From assembly GCA_019058015.1 (NCBI GenBank), contig JAHLWH010000030.1, positions 1-41,312 of the forward strand: a DNA stretch of 41,312 nucleotides, in the 5' to 3' direction. The translations under genes were made by a program, and so were the position numbers. Of the stretch, positions 9,615 through 18,633 are shown one piece after another. Under the pieces are notes generated by a model that did not search any database, was not told the DNA's origin, and saw only the letters and a program-made list of their open reading frames with translations. Every line of letters starts with the position of its first letter. Positions within the stretch are counted from its first letter, which is position 1. Source of the stretch: Promethearchaeota archaeon (GTDB taxonomy: Archaea; Asgardarchaeota; Lokiarchaeia; Sigyniarchaeales; SOKP01).

Positions 9615-10058
9615 ATGCAAATTCGTGCATTTACGGAGCAAGACGAAGATGAAATCACTAATCTAATGAAACAATTATGTTCAATAACAAATCAAGAATT
9701 TGGCGAGGACCGATGGAAGCACTCATTAATAGCGGAATTTAAGAAAGATATTAAGAATGAAATGATAGTTGCGTTTAACGAGATGGAAAACAAAGTTGCA
9801 GGGATGGCATTGATTTCTATTAGAAAAACAAATTTTGGATTTTTATTTGGAAATATTTCAAACTTAATAGTTGATCCAAATTATAGAGGAGAAGGTTTAG
9901 GGGAAAAATTAATAAGATACTCTATTGATTTCTTCAAAAAGAACCATATTAACTCTGTAAGAATTATTGTTAAAAAGGAGTTAGATGAAAGTGCAAGGAG
10001 TTTATTTATTAAATTTGGATTTAATGAAATTTTTAAAGTATTTGAATTAAAAATATGA
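9615..10058 (+). CDS. GNAT family N-acetyltransferase
   Basis: Acetyl-CoA motif A LIVDPNYRGEGLGEKLI and C-terminal ARSLFIKFGF. Confidence 0.9.
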   Translation: MQIRAFTEQDEDEITNLMKQLCSITNQEFGEDRWKHSLIAEFKKDIKNEMIVAFNEMENKVAGMALISIRKTNFGFLFGNISNLIVDPNYRGEGLGEKLIRYSIDFFKKNHINSVRIIVKKELDESARSLFIKFGFNEIFKVFELKI

Positions 10059-10122
10059 TATTTAAATTTTTATCTTCTAAATTAGTATTTTAAAGCAATT
10101 CAATAATATTTTTTGATACAAT

Positions 10123-11364
10123 ATGATAAAAAAATACAAAAAAGGGCAATCAATTTTATTAGAAGGTCCAGCTAAGGCCGCATTATTAAATGGAGAAGTT
10201 GAGATTTTTGGAAAAGTTATAAAGGTTACAGATAAAAGAGAAAGAATAGATCTTTTAGAACCGAATAAAAAAGATCCTAATGTAATAATTATTTCAACCG
10301 GTATAAGGTATCCTTTATTATTTTTGGAAGATTCTGAGATTGATATTTATGTGGCGAATGAAGACCAGGTTATTGAATTGGAGGATAATTCGATTCCAGA
10401 AAGTTGGGCTAAAATTTCTAATAAAATTATTGAAGATATTAAAAAATCGACCAGTACTACCCCAGCAAAAATAATGGTATTGGGTCTTAGCAGCGGGAAA
10501 ACGACAATTATTAAATATTTAGCCAATAAATTATTAGCAGAGGGTTTAAAGGGAGGATATTTAGATTCGGACTTAGGGCAGCAGCAGATGTATATTCCCA
10601 CAACGATTAATATTGGAATGATAGATTCACATGTTTTATCAACTCAAGATTTTCTTTCTAAAGACACAAAATTTATTGGTTCTACGTTTCCAAAAGCTGA
10701 CTTGAAATATATCTTACCACATTATTCTAAAGAATTAATAGAAGAATTTTGCAAGAAAAATAAAGAGATTCGATTCATTCTTATTGATACAGATGGCTGG
10801 ATCAAGACAGAAACTGGTATTCTTTATAAAAAACTTTTTACTTCTATGATTCAACCAGATTATGCTATCATATTTAAAAACAAGGAAGTAAAAGAGTTAG
10901 AGGAAATTGAGAAAGATATAAAAAAACTCAGTTCAAAACCTAAAATCTTTTTAATAGATGCTGAAAATAAATATTATTTTGAAAGAACTAAAGAAGATCG
11001 CCGGTTTTTAAGACAAAGGCAATTTGCTATGGTTTTTGAAAAATTTCGCAAAATTACTGTCCCTTTTAATGAGATAATACTGATTAAAGAGGAATATGAT
11101 ATGGAAAATAAAAAAATTATCGAAAAACAATTAAATTTCGAAGAATTGGGAAAATTACCCTATCATTATGTAATAATTGCTTTAAAAACCGAAAAGAATG
11201 AACTAATTAATATAGGACTTCTTTTTAACATAAATACTGAGAAACAATATTTTCTTTTGTATTCGGATTTTAATTATAAGGAGCAAATTAAAATTAAAAA
11301 GATCGTAATAGGAAGTCTTAGGCTCTCCGTCAAGGGAAATTATCAGGGGTATTTATATCTTTAA
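10123..11364 (+). CDS. Clp1/Nol9/Grc3-family polynucleotide 5'-kinase-like protein
   Basis: N-terminal LEGPA...GEVEIFG domain, GKTT, DSDLGQ, IDTDGW and the lid motif RRFLR. Confidence 0.85.
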   Translation: MIKKYKKGQSILLEGPAKAALLNGEVEIFGKVIKVTDKRERIDLLEPNKKDPNVIIISTGIRYPLLFLEDSEIDIYVANEDQVIELEDNSIPESWAKISNKIIEDIKKSTSTTPAKIMVLGLSSGKTTIIKYLANKLLAEGLKGGYLDSDLGQQQMYIPTTINIGMIDSHVLSTQDFLSKDTKFIGSTFPKADLKYILPHYSKELIEEFCKKNKEIRFILIDTDGWIKTETGILYKKLFTSMIQPDYAIIFKNKEVKELEEIEKDIKKLSSKPKIFLIDAENKYYFERTKEDRRFLRQRQFAMVFEKFRKITVPFNEIILIKEEYDMENKKIIEKQLNFEELGKLPYHYVIIALKTEKNELINIGLLFNINTEKQYFLLYSDFNYKEQIKIKKIVIGSLRLSVKGNYQGYLYL

Positions 11365-11483
11365 AGAAGTAAGTGATTCTATGTCTTTAATTTCAGAAAT
11401 CTCATTATTGCTGATGTTGTTCGTAGGGATTTCTCATAAGGTAAAAATTTTTCTTTATATTTGAAATATTTCGGGGAGAACAA

Positions 11484-12875
11484 TTGAACTTAGATGATTC
11501 AGATTTAATTGAGTTGGGTAAATATTTTGGTGTAAATCTAATATCATTTAAATTACTGAGGGAATCACAAGATGACAAATACGCCGATAAAATCAGAGAA
11601 AGGGCATTAAAAAAACTGGAGAAATCAAAGGAGAATTATTTAATTGAGAAAGAAATGTTTTATGCTGGAGCTATTGATTTTATGGTGGAAGAAAATAATG
11701 GACGCAAAAGATTTTTCGTACTTGAGACGAATGGAGGCTCATCAAGAGGTCTTTCAATTATAACACCTAAACAACAAGGATTGTTATTTGATGGATATTT
11801 ACAAGCAATAAAAAATTCCTTAAAAAACAATAAAAGAGAAGATAATAAGCTCTTTATTTTAGTTGGCACGCCTATTGATGATGCGCTGCTTCATGAAAAG
11901 ATTTTTCTATTAGAATATTTGAAAAAAAAAATATTAGAAATTGGATATAGCGTCAATATTTATACTGAATTAAATTTTAAGGGATTTTTTACTGAAGACG
12001 TGGCATTTTTTATCACAGATTATAAAAAAATAGCCTTGAATATCTCATTTAAAGATAATTGGGTTATGTATACAGATCAAAAAATAAATCTATTAATAGG
12101 AGATGGAATTGCTCGTAGGATAAAAGATGAAGTTTTTAAGCGATTAATAAGAGAAGATTTTCGAAAAATTAATACAATTATTGTCAATCCGATTTTTTTA
12201 ATTACAGATGATAAATCTTTAACTTATTTGGCTGAATATTTCGCTAAAAGTAAGTTAGAAAAATATCGAGTAAAATATCTGATGTTTAGTAAAGGAATTA
12301 ATGAAGAGGATTTATTGAAAAAAATGGATTTTGTTGTTAAAAATTACAATACAAATTTTATTATCAAACCAAGTGGTGGATCTGGTGGAGCAGGTATTAT
12401 TCCTATTAGTTCTGACGAAGATCCCTCGAATTTTAAAAAGATTATTAAAAAAAGTAAAGATGAATTTTTTGGAAAATTTCTTAAAAATCGAGATCCATAT
12501 CCCTACACAATTATGGAAATGGCAGATTTCTCCTTAATTGATTGGAGAAATGGAAATCACACTTTTGATATTAGAATTTATTTGAGTCAAAAAGAAGGGA
12601 AAATAATTCCAATTGGTGGTTTGGTTAGAATTGCACGTAATTCTTATGGAGGGACACTGAATAAACAGGAGTTTGTGGTTAATTTAAGTGGTTATAATGG
12701 AAACATTGAGGCAGATCGTGCATTAGCAATATCACCAAGTACTAGGGACATATTAAACCTCTCTGATGAGGATTTTGTTGATATGTTTTGTATTGGCTGT
12801 GTGCTCTTCAAGAGCATTACTGAAACGTATAAAAAAATTATTAATTTTTCAGATTGGAGTAAAATAATTGAATAA
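11484..12875 (+). CDS. Circularly permuted ATP-grasp amide/peptide ligase (TTL/YheCD-like motifs)
   Basis: GAIDFMV...FVLETN lies near the N-terminus. DDKSLT, FIIKPSGGSGGAGI, FDIRIY, RIA and VVNLS follow in the C-terminal half. TTG start preceded by GGGGAG. Confidence 0.75.
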   Translation: MNLDDSDLIELGKYFGVNLISFKLLRESQDDKYADKIRERALKKLEKSKENYLIEKEMFYAGAIDFMVEENNGRKRFFVLETNGGSSRGLSIITPKQQGLLFDGYLQAIKNSLKNNKREDNKLFILVGTPIDDALLHEKIFLLEYLKKKILEIGYSVNIYTELNFKGFFTEDVAFFITDYKKIALNISFKDNWVMYTDQKINLLIGDGIARRIKDEVFKRLIREDFRKINTIIVNPIFLITDDKSLTYLAEYFAKSKLEKYRVKYLMFSKGINEEDLLKKMDFVVKNYNTNFIIKPSGGSGGAGIIPISSDEDPSNFKKIIKKSKDEFFGKFLKNRDPYPYTIMEMADFSLIDWRNGNHTFDIRIYLSQKEGKIIPIGGLVRIARNSYGGTLNKQEFVVNLSGYNGNIEADRALAISPSTRDILNLSDEDFVDMFCIGCVLFKSITETYKKIINFSDWSKIIE

Positions 12876-14040
12876 TTCAAATTATTATATAGATAAGGAC
12901 ATATTAAACAAACTATTAATTCCACAAGAAAGAAAAAAATTATTAAATGAAATTTTTAATAAATTGGAATTATTTAATAAATCCGATTTTGTTGAGCTTG
13001 AATATTTAGAAATATCAGATGGTAAGATACCAGTTTTAACTATTAATCAGCCAAAAAGTTTAGATCAACTAAGAAAATTATATATAATGGTCGCATCTCA
13101 GCATAATGAATATTGCGGGCTTTTTGGACAAATATCTTATCTATTTGAATTAACCTCTACTAAAAATAAGGACCTCATATCCAATGAACTAAAAAATTCT
13201 ATGATAATATTATTTCCATTAATGAACCCTTATGGTTTCTTAAACCCTCGACCTGATAATAAATTCGGTTATTATTTGAAAAATGGTGACAATTTAAATA
13301 GATATTGGAGGAAGACTTTTATTCCCAATTTTAGGGAGAAAGATGAGGACAATAACCCATATATTATTCCGGAAAATGCTTTAGTCTTTAAAAATTTTAT
13401 GCAGAAATATTGGGAGAGGGATCTCGAGATATATTTAATCGATTTTCATGAAACTTCATTATTCAGAAGATTTACAGAGGATATGGTTAAAAATTTAAAT
13501 GCTTTCTACAAATTAGAGCATTATTATAAAATGTGGATTGTTGAATATCTCGTAAAAAGAGAAAATTTACCTAAGAGAGAACCATTATTTATGAAACCTC
13601 ATCCAGATTTAGATCACCATCATTTTAATATTACTATTAACCAAGGGGAACAATTAAGAGATAATTTAAAAGAAGCTTGGGAGAAAAATAATGACAAATT
13701 GCCCTTTGCTTATATTTATAATTACAAGAGCGGTGATTTTTGCAGATCAATTGCAAGAAATGTTCAAAGTAAATTGAAAGATCTCATGTGGGATATAAGA
13801 CAACCAGCATTTCTTCACCCAGAAGATCATGGATGTTTTGTCTGCTTGGGACATTCTACTCGAAGACCTAAAACATTCACATTTGAATTAGAATGTGACA
13901 AACAATTATTTAATCTTTTAGAAGAAATTGAAAAATGCAAAAGCAATCAAGTCTATTTTAACAAAAAAATTGATAATATCAATAAAATAATAGATATAGT
14001 AAGAGAAACAATTAAAGCAGCAGTAAATCTTAATTTTTAA
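12868..14040 (+). CDS. M14-family zinc carboxypeptidase / deacylase-like protein
   Basis: SQHNE, PLMNPYG, NLNR, IDFHE and a late TFELE. Overlaps the upstream gene by 8 nt. Confidence 0.75.
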   Translation: MNNSNYYIDKDILNKLLIPQERKKLLNEIFNKLELFNKSDFVELEYLEISDGKIPVLTINQPKSLDQLRKLYIMVASQHNEYCGLFGQISYLFELTSTKNKDLISNELKNSMIILFPLMNPYGFLNPRPDNKFGYYLKNGDNLNRYWRKTFIPNFREKDEDNNPYIIPENALVFKNFMQKYWERDLEIYLIDFHETSLFRRFTEDMVKNLNAFYKLEHYYKMWIVEYLVKRENLPKREPLFMKPHPDLDHHHFNITINQGEQLRDNLKEAWEKNNDKLPFAYIYNYKSGDFCRSIARNVQSKLKDLMWDIRQPAFLHPEDHGCFVCLGHSTRRPKTFTFELECDKQLFNLLEEIEKCKSNQVYFNKKIDNINKIIDIVRETIKAAVNLNF

Positions 14041-15028
14041 AGAAATTTAAGGCACAAGTAACTATTGACAATTCATTCTTTTTCAGTAAATGACCTCCCT
14101 TTTTAAAAACTAATGTGTTTTTGTTTGATAGCTCCAACAATTCTTTGTTTTTTATAAAATTCTTAAATTTTACGATTCTATCGTTTCTTGCATGAACTAA
14201 CATTACTTTTTTGGTGAATTCTTTCCATTTTACCTCGGAACCAGAAAAATTTTGAGTTTTAAAGTTTTTAATCACATGATAAGGAGATATTGCTAAATTG
14301 GTCTCTTCACTAGGAAATTGGTGCATTCCTTTAAAGAAATATCGAAGCCACACAATTGGATTAAAATGAGGAATGTTTTCTCTAAAGTCAGCAATTGCAG
14401 ATACTGCAAATACTTTTTTAATTTCTTCTAAAGGAAAACCTCCACATAAAATGGTCAACGCACCAATACTAAATCCGGCTGTATAAATCTCTTTGTTGCC
14501 CATCTTATCATTATTTTGAATCCATCTCACAATATGTAAAAAATCATTAATTCTATTCTTAATATCAGCTTTTTTTCCTACTTTTTTAGATTCACCAGTA
14601 CCACGAGCGTCATAAACAAGAACAGGATAACCAAAATTTACGATTGGAAGGAAAAAATATTCTAAATCTTCTTTTAGATCTGAAAATCCCGGGGATATTA
14701 TGATTATGGGTTTATTTTGAGATAAATAAGTTGAATTAGAAATTTTCAATTGATATATTGCACCGGATAAAGATCCCCCTTCAACAGAAATACTTATTTT
14801 TTCCATGTGTATATTTTTTAGGTTAAACTTATTCCATCTATCAAGCCATATATCACGAAAACTCCAATAAACTTCAAATGGAATTAATACAAATAGAAAA
14901 GTTATAAGGGATAATATAAAACATGTATAAAAAGGATTTCTCCAAGATGCATTGACATAAAAGATAAAAGCAGAAAAGAAGATATCCACAGTAATTAATA
15001 TTAATCTTTTACTATTTTTCGAAAGCAT
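14030..15028 (-). CDS. Membrane-anchored alpha/beta hydrolase
   Basis: Two N-terminal TM segments, SPGF oxyanion loop, YDARGTGES, GFSIG nucleophile, HARND and GGH. Confidence 0.85.
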   Translation of the reverse strand: MLSKNSKRLILITVDIFFSAFIFYVNASWRNPFYTCFILSLITFLFVLIPFEVYWSFRDIWLDRWNKFNLKNIHMEKISISVEGGSLSGAIYQLKISNSTYLSQNKPIIIISPGFSDLKEDLEYFFLPIVNFGYPVLVYDARGTGESKKVGKKADIKNRINDFLHIVRWIQNNDKMGNKEIYTAGFSIGALTILCGGFPLEEIKKVFAVSAIADFRENIPHFNPIVWLRYFFKGMHQFPSEETNLAISPYHVIKNFKTQNFSGSEVKWKEFTKKVMLVHARNDRIVKFKNFIKNKELLELSNKNTLVFKKGGHLLKKNELSIVTCALNFFKN

Positions 15029-15158
15029 GGTTCCCTAATTATTTTAACTTAAATACTTTAAAAAAAACCATCAATAAAAACTTGAAAAAAAAATAAATTC
15101 TGAAGAATCCTTTTTTTTAAAATTATCAAAAGTTGGTTTAAATTATCATTGTAGATTT

Positions 15159-15458
15159 TTATTTGTTAGCTTTATCCGACGGACAACCATAGTCGGTTCT
15201 AATCTCACAATTTCTCTTTGAACTACTTCCCGAACAATTTACACAAATTGTAGCCTTCAACATTTTTTCAATTTCACTTGCTGAACGCCCCGATTTTTCT
15301 TTATCAGTCTCATCTGCCAGCATCTCATCTTTAATTTTATTTAGATCCTCATAGGTTTCCTCTTCTAAATCATCGTCCCAGTCTTCTAAATCTATTTCCT
15401 CTTGAGCTGGAATGTCATCAATTTCTTCTTCTTTTTCTACGGTTTTTTTTTTACCCAT
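15159..15458 (-). CDS. Small acidic protein with C-terminal 4-Cys motif
   Basis: 99 aa, D/E-rich N-terminal half, then CVNC-x8-C-x7-CP. It fills the space between co-oriented genes. Confidence 0.7.
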   Translation of the reverse strand: MGKKKTVEKEEEIDDIPAQEEIDLEDWDDDLEEETYEDLNKIKDEMLADETDKEKSGRSASEIEKMLKATICVNCSGSSSKRNCEIRTDYGCPSDKANK

Positions 15459-15549
15459 AATATATCATTAATTTATTACTATGAAATAAATTTTATTTTT
15501 AGATTTTATAATAATATTTTCAATTTAAATAAAATAGAAATCTGAAAAA

Positions 15550-16827
15550 TTATGCATCTTCAAGCTTTATAATATCTTTTAATTGGTTATAAGCGATGCA
15601 ATTCTTTCTCTCTTGTTCAGAGCACATTTTAACTTTCCAACATCGATATTCATCACATAAGTAAGCGGGACATTTTTTCCTCTTTTGTTCTAAGCACTTT
15701 TTTATTCTCCAGCATTGAAAAGATGTTTCATAAAATTTGTGAAATTTTTTAGGAAGTTGGGTATAGTCAAAATTTGTCTTTTTCAAATGATCATCTAATG
15801 AGACTGAGTTATAGGTGTTCCAAAATAATAGAACTTTTTCTTTGTTTTCGGGTTGTTTTGCAAAATCAATCATCGCTGCTAATGTTTTTCCAGTATAAGT
15901 TGTCTCAATTTTGAAATCTTTCTGTTTTCCTTCTAATTCGTAAATTTTATCAACAGCTGCCTGACCACGCTTAGTTTTAACACCGTAATTTGATCCATAA
16001 TAACCTATCTCTAAATCAAAATCATTTTCATTTATTATAATATTAGGAACGGATTTATCATATTTGCGTAAAAGTTTAATAACCTTATTTGCAGTTCTCG
16101 CAATATTTTTAGTGTTTATTACGATTGCATCAGCTACTCTAACTGGTCTAATTTTTGTTTTTAATCCAACAATTTTACATCCAGCAATTAAACCTGCCGC
16201 AGTGCCCGTAGAACCACATGGTACAAAGATATAATCTGGCACAGGTATCTCTCCAGCATCTATTTGTTTTTTTAATTCAAAAACTGCATTTACAAAACCT
16301 AATGTTCCGAGGGAAGTACCAATGCCCAACAGAGGTGAAGCTCCAATAAGCATTAGATAATAGTTTCGTTTAAACAATCTTACTCCGAGCAGTCTAAGTA
16401 TTAATCTATAAACACCTTTTACAAATATAATCTTTGCACCAAGATGATGATATAATAATAATGATCGCTGAACATGCCACGTTAAAGGTTGAGGAAATAA
16501 ATATAATTGAGTTTTTAAGCCAAATTGATTTCCAACAAATACAGCCGCTAATCCGTGATTGGTGCCTATGCCACCAGCAGTTGCAACGATTTTTTTTCCA
16601 GACTTTAAAATTTTCCCATAAACAAATTCGTATTTTCTGATTTTATTTCCACCATAGAAATCGGTACTTATATCATCCCTTTTAATCCATAGGTTATTAT
16701 GCTCAAGCTCCTTTCCTAAATTTTCCATCTTTTGAACAGGAGTCGGATATTTGGCTATAGCGACCCATGGAATCCTATCCTTTAAGTTTGGATATCTTTC
16801 AAAAAGAATTGGTTTATCTCTGACCAT
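15550..16827 (-). CDS. D-cysteine desulfhydrase / ACC deaminase family PLP enzyme with Cys-Trp repeat tail
   Basis: PTP, IKRDD, GGNKIRK (PLP lysine), TNHG, PCGSTGTAAG and ETTYTGK, plus an extra Cys-rich C-terminus. Confidence 0.9.
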   Translation of the reverse strand: MVRDKPILFERYPNLKDRIPWVAIAKYPTPVQKMENLGKELEHNNLWIKRDDISTDFYGGNKIRKYEFVYGKILKSGKKIVATAGGIGTNHGLAAVFVGNQFGLKTQLYLFPQPLTWHVQRSLLLYHHLGAKIIFVKGVYRLILRLLGVRLFKRNYYLMLIGASPLLGIGTSLGTLGFVNAVFELKKQIDAGEIPVPDYIFVPCGSTGTAAGLIAGCKIVGLKTKIRPVRVADAIVINTKNIARTANKVIKLLRKYDKSVPNIIINENDFDLEIGYYGSNYGVKTKRGQAAVDKIYELEGKQKDFKIETTYTGKTLAAMIDFAKQPENKEKVLLFWNTYNSVSLDDHLKKTNFDYTQLPKKFHKFYETSFQCWRIKKCLEQKRKKCPAYLCDEYRCWKVKMCSEQERKNCIAYNQLKDIIKLEDA

Positions 16828-17034
16828 AATTATAAGATTAATGTATTTAATTTAATGATTATTATCAGTTATCAGCCGTATTATCATTGTTTAAATAAAA
16901 TCTCACTAATTCTGAACGTTTTTTAATTAATACCTTTAATATTATGAATATATAAACAAACTTTATAACTATCAATTGATTTATTCACAAACAAAACTTA
17001 AATTTTAATTAAAAATTTAAAGGATGATTTCAAT

Positions 17035-17481
17035 ATGAGTGAAGTTGAAAAAGATTCAAATGAATTGTTGAATATTTTGCTGCTGATAGTTGGTGTTTTC
17101 TTTATAGTAAAAGGAATTCTTGATTTCTTGGCATGGGGCGGCATTTTGGTTCCAGATTGGTTGAGTAATTTTGCAACGAATCCTGATACAGCTGCCGCTC
17201 TTTCGTTCTTTGGCTCACAAGGTCTAATCTCGGTAGTTTTGGGCTTCTGGTGTTTAGTTGCGGGAATAGGAATGTTTAAAGAAGAAGAATGGGCTATGGG
17301 GCAAGCACTTGTAGTTCTAAGTTTAATGGTTGTGACAGGGGTTTCAGCGATAATGGGTTGGATTGGTGCTCCAGCTTCTTTTGATTTGGCTTATTGGCCA
17401 AATTATATAGTAATAGTTGCTTTTATTATCGGATTAGTTGGTTTCTTCTGGCTTTTATTCACAAGAAAGAGATACGATTAA
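17035..17481 (+). CDS. Hypothetical 4-TM membrane protein
   Basis: Four hydrophobic segments and a basic C-terminal tail. Confidence 0.8.
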   Translation: MSEVEKDSNELLNILLLIVGVFFIVKGILDFLAWGGILVPDWLSNFATNPDTAAALSFFGSQGLISVVLGFWCLVAGIGMFKEEEWAMGQALVVLSLMVVTGVSAIMGWIGAPASFDLAYWPNYIVIVAFIIGLVGFFWLLFTRKRYD

Positions 17482-17509
17482 ATTATACAAATTAAAAATA
17501 AATATCTCA

Positions 17510-17528
17510 TTTTTTTTACTTTTTTTTT
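17510..17528 (+). terminator. Possible oligo-T terminator
   Basis: Two T-runs of 8-9 nt about 30 nt after stop 17481. Confidence 0.35.
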
Positions 17529-17668
17529 AATAAAACAATTAAAAATTCTACAGAAGTATTTTTTCATATTTCTAGAATAACGCTTTTAATTTTTTTAAAA
17601 TGATTCATTTAATAATGAGAACAAACATAGTTTTTATTATTAATTAGAGTTTAAAGTCAAGAAGGACA

Positions 17669-18598
17669 TTGAGAGCAAACAAATTTCAAGGAAACATTTT
17701 AAATTATTTAGGGGAATATAATAATATTGTTTCACTTCGAAATTTTAAAAGAAGACAAAACAAAAAAGTAAAGAAAATTGTTGGTGTCCCACACCCTTTT
17801 ATTAAATGGGCAGGTGGAAAAAAACAATTATTAGAACAAATAAATAAATACCTTCCAAAAAAATTTAATAAATATTTAGAACCATTTGTTGGAGGAGGAG
17901 CATTGTTTTTTTACTTACTACCGAATAAAGCAATCCTAATTGATAATAATAAAGAATTAATAAATTGTTATAGAGTAATTCAGAATAAAATTGGAGAATT
18001 AATTAATTCTTTAAAAAAACATAAAAACAAAAAAGATTACTTTTATAAAATCCGAAGTATTGACAGAATCCCAGAAGAATTTAAAAAGCTCACAGATGTA
18101 GAGAGGGCTTCTCGAACTATTTTTTTAAATAAATGTTGTTTTAATGGGTTATATAGAGTCAATAGTAAAGGAGAATTTAATGTTCCCTTTGGTAAATATG
18201 AAAATCCTAAATTTTGTGATGAAGAAAATTTATTAGCTGTAAATACGATACTGAAAGATATTGAGATTATTAATGGAGATTTTAAGGAATGTTTAGAATT
18301 AGCTGAAAAGGATGATTTTATTTATTTTGACCCTCCATATCAACCAATTTCGACCACTGCTAATTTTACTAGTTATACCAAAGAGAATTTTAATAAAGAA
18401 GATCAAGTGAGACTGTTTAAAGTTTATGAAGAGTTAGATAATCGTGGATGTAAAGTTATGTTAAGTAATTCCTATAATGATTTTATTTTAGATTTGTATA
18501 AAAAATATGATTTAAAAACAGTTTATGCAAAAAGAGCTATAAATTCAGATGCTTCAGGTAGAGCACAAATTAAAGAGGTTTTAATTATAAACTATTAA
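17669..18598 (+). CDS. dam: Dam/DpnM-family (D12 class) DNA adenine methyltransferase
   Basis: PFIKWAGGK, EPFVGGGA, FNGLYRVNSKGEFNVPFG, DPPY, FTSY, MLSNS. The start codon is uncertain. Confidence 0.92.
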   Translation: MRANKFQGNILNYLGEYNNIVSLRNFKRRQNKKVKKIVGVPHPFIKWAGGKKQLLEQINKYLPKKFNKYLEPFVGGGALFFYLLPNKAILIDNNKELINCYRVIQNKIGELINSLKKHKNKKDYFYKIRSIDRIPEEFKKLTDVERASRTIFLNKCCFNGLYRVNSKGEFNVPFGKYENPKFCDEENLLAVNTILKDIEIINGDFKECLELAEKDDFIYFDPPYQPISTTANFTSYTKENFNKEDQVRLFKVYEELDNRGCKVMLSNSYNDFILDLYKKYDLKTVYAKRAINSDASGRAQIKEVLIINY

Positions 18599-18633
18599 AA
18601 TTAGTAGAATCTTTTCAAATTTTAACTTATCCT

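Noticed and set aside
11390-11440. SECIS-like pattern on the minus strand (ATGA-N12-AA-N25-GA) over a 9-bp inverted repeat (11395-11403 / 11426-11434)
   Set aside because: It is antisense to both flanking genes with no nearby minus-strand UGA gene. The helix is short and out of register with the GA quartet. At most it is a plus-strand intergenic hairpin.
11381-11464. 27-codon hydrophobic ORF between the Clp1-like and ATP-grasp genes
   Set aside because: Too short and has no motif; such ORFs are expected by chance in T-rich DNA.
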